IMG/VR virus record: IMGVR_UViG_3300032213_001850
Span: 1-64,000 of that record
DNA from: a virus
Length of the DNA stretch: 64,000 nucleotides
Reading direction: 5' to 3' (one strand)
The notes under the pieces are model-generated. The model made no database searches, was not told where the DNA came from, and saw only the letters and a program-made list of their open reading frames with translations. Position numbers and translations under genes: made by a program. Shown in pieces: positions 59,597-64,000 of the stretch (positions are counted from its first letter, which is position 1; each line of letters opens with the position of its first letter).

Positions 59597-60890
59597 GTTT
59601 TACTTTGAAAACATAGATTCTTATGGAAGAACTTTGCCAAATAATTTATCTAAAAAAGAATTAGAAGAATATAACTCTCTATGCTCTGAAGAATATAATT
59701 GGAATTCACATATAGAAAGTGGAAGAACCCAAAAATTAATTAATACATTTTATAGTTGGTTATCAGATAATAATGCAATTGCAAAAAATATCAACGATTC
59801 AAATTTAGTATATTTGTGTGAATCATATACTCCCCCCGCATATTATAAAAATTTATTCGTAGAAAATTTAAGCACGGAAGTATATAATAAAATTAAAAAC
59901 GGAGAAATTATTGTTATTTTTAGTTGGTTTAGTGAACCATTATATGATTCCGATTTTAATGAAAACATAGAAAAAATTTGTGAAGAAAATAATTTTGATG
60001 TTAATAAATTTTTTGTTTTTACTAGTGGAAATAATATAAAAAATACCTCGAAAATTAAACACATATCCGACCATTTCTTTCTAAAAAATTCAGCTGAGTT
60101 TTTAAAATATTTTTTACAAAATAAAATTTTCAAACCAAATACATTTGATTATGTTTGTGAAATTGTTAATCAAAATATATTTCAACAAAAGAAAGAAAAA
60201 CATTTTTTATGTTTAAATAGAAGTGCAGATAGACCACATAGATTTGGATTAGGAATGTTTATTGAAAAACATAATCTATGGGATAAAGGTGAATTTACTT
60301 TTTTATTATGTGACAAGAAAAAAGAAGATGATGAACTTGTTGAAGCATTTAGTTGTGAAACATTGAAAGAATATACTGAATATAAGGATTCTTTTTATAA
60401 TAAATTACCAATGGAAATTGACACTAAATTTTTAATGAAAGGTAATGAACTTTTTAACTTTGGAACATCTAGAATTTATTACAAACCAATATATGAAAAA
60501 ACTGCAATCAATATTGTAACAGAAACCACATTTACAAAAAATAAAGTTTTTATATCAGAAAAAACATTTCATCCAATAATTAACTTACAACCATTTATAA
60601 TGTTTGCATCAAACGGACAATTACAAGAACTTCGTAATTTAGGATTTAAAACCTATGGCCATATAATTGATGAAAGTTATGATGATGAAGAAAATAATCA
60701 CATAAGATTTAAAATGGTATGTGATGAAATATTAAGATTATCAGAAATGTCTATTGATGAAATAAATAAATTATTTTTATCCTGTAAAGATATATGTATT
60801 TATAATAGAAATCATTTATTAAGTTTTACAAAATATGATGTTTTCAAAAATAGTTTAGAAAAATTAAATAAAATTTGTTATGGAATTTAA
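59568..60890 (+). CDS. Hypothetical protein, possibly glycosyltransferase-like
   Basis: FLCLNR..RPHR, NIVTET, ISEKTFHPI..QPFI, LGFKTY...DESYD. Confidence 0.55.
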   Translation: MELESGLPFKFYFENIDSYGRTLPNNLSKKELEEYNSLCSEEYNWNSHIESGRTQKLINTFYSWLSDNNAIAKNINDSNLVYLCESYTPPAYYKNLFVENLSTEVYNKIKNGEIIVIFSWFSEPLYDSDFNENIEKICEENNFDVNKFFVFTSGNNIKNTSKIKHISDHFFLKNSAEFLKYFLQNKIFKPNTFDYVCEIVNQNIFQQKKEKHFLCLNRSADRPHRFGLGMFIEKHNLWDKGEFTFLLCDKKKEDDELVEAFSCETLKEYTEYKDSFYNKLPMEIDTKFLMKGNELFNFGTSRIYYKPIYEKTAINIVTETTFTKNKVFISEKTFHPIINLQPFIMFASNGQLQELRNLGFKTYGHIIDESYDDEENNHIRFKMVCDEILRLSEMSIDEINKLFLSCKDICIYNRNHLLSFTKYDVFKNSLEKLNKICYGI

Positions 60891-61881
60891 AGGAAAAAAA
60901 GTTATTATAACCGGTGCAAACGGTTTAGTTGGATTACCAACAGTTAAAAAGTGTTTAGATGAAGGTGCTGAAACAGTATATGCAGTAGACCTTAGAATTG
61001 GAGACAATCTTAAATTTTTACAAACAATGTATGGTGCCAATAAATTGGCATTGGTTACAACTGACCTAACATATCTTTCTCATTGTGAAAATTTATTTAA
61101 ACAAGAAAAAATAGATATAGTTCTTCACATTGCAGGTGTTAAAGGTTCACCGGCTAGGTCATCAACTCAACCTGCAGATTATTTATTCCCAATGTTGATG
61201 TTTAATACAAATATGATTAAAGCATCATTTGAAGCAAAAGTAGATTGGTTCGTGTATCTTTCATCGGTTGGAGTTTATAACCCATCAGAGATAATGAATG
61301 AAGAAGACATTTGGTCACAAGAAGAAACTTGGGCATCAACTCCATCTCGTTTAGATTGGCATCCAGGTTGGACAAAAAGAATGGGTGAATTAACTTTAGA
61401 TTCTTTAAGAGTTCAATATGGTTGGAAAAACTATACAGTTATTAGACCTTCAAACATCTATGGTGTAAATGACAACTTTGCAGAAGATGCAACTGTTATT
61501 AGTTCCAACATTTGGAAATTATTTAATGTAGAAGGTGACGACATGGTATGTTGGGGTAATGGTTCTTCTCGTAGAGACTTTGTATTTGGTGACGATGTTG
61601 CACAAGCTGCAATTGATGTAGTTAAAAAAGAAGTTAGTGATATTATTAATTTTGGATGTGCAGAAGCAGTCACTATTAAAGAAACAATTGAAACTATTGT
61701 TGAATGTTATACAGAACTTACAGGAAAAACTAAAAATATTGTTTGGGATGAAAGTAAAACAAATGGTGACCCCATCAGATGTTTAGGTTCTAAGAAACAA
61801 AAACAATATGGTATTTTACCACAAACCACTTTAAAAGATGGTATCATGCAATCAATTAAACAATATAAGAGTAGATTATAA
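60880..61881 (+). CDS. NAD-dependent epimerase/reductase (GDP-L-fucose synthase-like)
   Basis: ITGANGLVG, LSSVGVY, RPSNIYGVNDNF, WGNGSSRRDFVF. Confidence 0.85.
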   Translation: MEFKGKKVIITGANGLVGLPTVKKCLDEGAETVYAVDLRIGDNLKFLQTMYGANKLALVTTDLTYLSHCENLFKQEKIDIVLHIAGVKGSPARSSTQPADYLFPMLMFNTNMIKASFEAKVDWFVYLSSVGVYNPSEIMNEEDIWSQEETWASTPSRLDWHPGWTKRMGELTLDSLRVQYGWKNYTVIRPSNIYGVNDNFAEDATVISSNIWKLFNVEGDDMVCWGNGSSRRDFVFGDDVAQAAIDVVKKEVSDIINFGCAEAVTIKETIETIVECYTELTGKTKNIVWDESKTNGDPIRCLGSKKQKQYGILPQTTLKDGIMQSIKQYKSRL

Positions 61882-62903
61882 TGAAACATTTAATAACTGC
61901 AGGATGTTCATTTACAAGTTTAACAAAACCAAATGTAGATTTTTCTGTTGAAATTGAAATACCCCTAAGGCATAAGAATGTAAATATGTGGACGTGGGTT
62001 GATTGGGTTAGACATTATAATACAGAAACTCATATAGTATATAATTACGGTTGCCCTACAAATGATAATACAACTATAACAGAAAGTGCTTTATATGGTA
62101 TTAATAAATTAATTAAAGCAGGTGCAAATCCAAAAGATATTGAACTTGTAATCCAGTGGTCATGTGCAACCAGAAATTCTTTTTTTATACCAAATGGAGT
62201 TGTTGATAGAGAAAAATTACAAAGAGAACATCTTAACGATTTTGTTTCTGAAAAAAAATATAATTTTGAAAACGGATTTAAATATCTAACAGGTGGATAT
62301 AATAAAACGTCCCAACCAGATGAATTGAATGATATTTCTTTTAGTTATCTTGCAAATCAATTTTCACATGAAGAAAGAATAATTAATTGGTTAAAAAATA
62401 TTATTCTAATTTCTTCATTCTGTAAAAATTTGGGAATTAAGTATAAGTTTTTTCAACTTAATAATAATATTTCATCTTTCTTTTATACATCATATAAAGA
62501 AATGAATAAAGTAGAGAAAAGAAATTCAGAACCAGGAATACCAGCATCGGAAAATTTCCTAAAAACAAAAGAAATACAAAATACTTGGGAAGATAGTATA
62601 TTTTTGGATAACCCATATATAAATTATTTATTAGAGTTAGTTGATTTAAAAAACGATTTTTGGTTTTATGAAAGAGAAAATCATCACAAATTTGGTGGTT
62701 CTTTAGAATGGACAATCGATGCATGGGAAGATGATTTAAAAAATGATAGTGAATTTTCTTTATCAAATGTAATCTATTATGAATTAGAAGGTATGACCGA
62801 AAAAGAACAAAAAGCTTATTTTAAAAAAACAACATACGGACACCCCTCATCTTTGATGTGGAGAAAATTTTATTTAGAAGTTATAAAACCTAAATTTTTA
62901 TGA
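61881..62903 (+). CDS. SGNH/GDSL-like protein
   Basis: TAGCSFT, IQWS, GHPS. Confidence 0.65.
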   Translation: MKHLITAGCSFTSLTKPNVDFSVEIEIPLRHKNVNMWTWVDWVRHYNTETHIVYNYGCPTNDNTTITESALYGINKLIKAGANPKDIELVIQWSCATRNSFFIPNGVVDREKLQREHLNDFVSEKKYNFENGFKYLTGGYNKTSQPDELNDISFSYLANQFSHEERIINWLKNIILISSFCKNLGIKYKFFQLNNNISSFFYTSYKEMNKVEKRNSEPGIPASENFLKTKEIQNTWEDSIFLDNPYINYLLELVDLKNDFWFYERENHHKFGGSLEWTIDAWEDDLKNDSEFSLSNVIYYELEGMTEKEQKAYFKKTTYGHPSSLMWRKFYLEVIKPKFL

Positions 62904-64000
62904 AGTATTTAATTTGCAATGGTTGTTCATTTACAAGAGCTGGTAGATTGAACATAGATGTTACCGATGATAATTTTTTAACCGAAGATAATACTGCATC
63001 ACATTCATCAACAAATTCAAATGAATTTTATTATTATCCACATCAAATTCAATTATTACATCCTGAAATAAAAGTTATTAATTTAGGAAATGTTACAAAC
63101 GATAATCAAGTAATAGCTAGAAATATTATTTATAAAATTGAAAAACTAAAAAAAGAAGGATTTGATACGAAAGATATTTCCGTAATTGTTCAATGGTCAT
63201 CCTTTTACAGAAACTCATATTTTGTATCTCCATCAAAAATAGAAGAAAATAAAAAATTAAAATTAACACAACATAGAAAAAGATGGGATGATGATTATGC
63301 ACATATAAACGATTTTGCAGAAGAAAAAACTGAAGTTGGTGAAAATGGATATTATTTTTTATCTGGTAATTTTGGAATGGAACATGTTAAAAATCCTATG
63401 AAAGATTTTGCACATTTATATTTGGGACATTTGCATTCACACGAAGAACGATTATTGGTATTTTTGGAAACAATTATGATGTTACAATTGTATTTAAAAT
63501 CTAATGGTATTAAATATAAAATGTTTAATATAGCAAACAATTTTTCAGATACATATGTTTATAATTCTAATAAAGGTTCTGGATTTCCAATATTCAAACC
63601 AGAAAATTCTAAGAATAATGAAATGTATGAAATTATAAAAAATAAACATATACCAAATACTTGGAATGATAAAATGGAATATTTTAATAATCCTTATTTA
63701 AATTATTATTGGAATATTATCGATTGGAATGATTTTTGGTTTTATGAAGAAAATGGATTACATAAATATGGTGGTGTAACTGAGTGGGCTATTAGAAATT
63801 TTAATATAAATGACCCAATAAGAGATTTGAATTATAAAAATACTTTATTTTTAGAACAAGAATTAAAAAACGGAAAAGAATATACGGAAGATAATTTGAT
63901 AGATATTTATCAACAAGGTATGTGTCCATTAGGTCATGTATCGGCTAGAATGTATAAAATATTTGTGGATAAAATTGTATCAAAATGGGAACTATATTAA
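62900..64000 (+). CDS. SGNH/GDSL-like protein, paralog of 61881-62903
   Basis: CNGCSFT, VQWSS.YRNS, shared HEER and FWFYE...HK.GG..EW, GHVS. Confidence 0.65.
   Translation: MKYLICNGCSFTRAGRLNIDVTDDNFLTEDNTASHSSTNSNEFYYYPHQIQLLHPEIKVINLGNVTNDNQVIARNIIYKIEKLKKEGFDTKDISVIVQWSSFYRNSYFVSPSKIEENKKLKLTQHRKRWDDDYAHINDFAEEKTEVGENGYYFLSGNFGMEHVKNPMKDFAHLYLGHLHSHEERLLVFLETIMMLQLYLKSNGIKYKMFNIANNFSDTYVYNSNKGSGFPIFKPENSKNNEMYEIIKNKHIPNTWNDKMEYFNNPYLNYYWNIIDWNDFWFYEENGLHKYGGVTEWAIRNFNINDPIRDLNYKNTLFLEQELKNGKEYTEDNLIDIYQQGMCPLGHVSARMYKIFVDKIVSKWELY

Noticed and set aside
3662-63540. Many - strand ORFs and short nested + strand ORFs in the track
   Set aside because: They lie wholly within well-supported + strand genes and read as antisense or off-frame shadows; only 43463-43648 has independent support
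1-64000. Stop-codon reassignment as seen in some large phages
   Set aside because: Long genes are intact in code 11, and TAG and TGA end genes at sensible, often coupled, positions (for example 5349, 5873, 54571, 57683)
1-64000. CRISPR array, tRNA, rRNA, integrase or transposase
   Set aside because: No repeat-spacer periodicity, cloverleaf or recognisable motifs seen by eye; a tRNAscan/Infernal run would be needed to exclude small RNAs

Overview
AT-rich, gene-dense 64 kb segment of a large myovirus-like (jumbo-type) bacteriophage, nearly all on the + strand, standard genetic code. The host is probably Bacteroidota, inferred from TTTG-N20-TAnnTT promoters and A-rich starts without Shine-Dalgarno sites. 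Layout: (1) small hypothetical genes and a structured GC-richer intergenic region (1-3.4 kb). (2) A circularly permuted ATP-grasp ligase fused to a Hint domain and a 31-aa six-Cys C-terminal peptide, followed by an operon of tailoring enzymes (four 2OG-Fe(II) oxygenases, SET methyltransferase, two sulfotransferases, SGNH protein, radical SAM) that all end in a shared basic-x-x-hydrophobic-hydrophobic C-terminal tag (3.4-11.2 kb). This is the best candidate for an undescribed system. (3) Auxiliary genes: HD hydrolase, Hsp20, UvsE, peptide deformylase, gp55-like sigma factor, carbamoyltransferase. (4) Baseplate/tail structural module rich in [ST]GS motifs (21-38 kb). (5) Endonuclease I, primase and a fused Mre11-Rad50. 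(6) A 1724-aa tail fibre-like protein followed by a large glycosylation and nucleotide-sugar locus (49-64 kb). All calls come from motif recognition by eye; no database searches were run.
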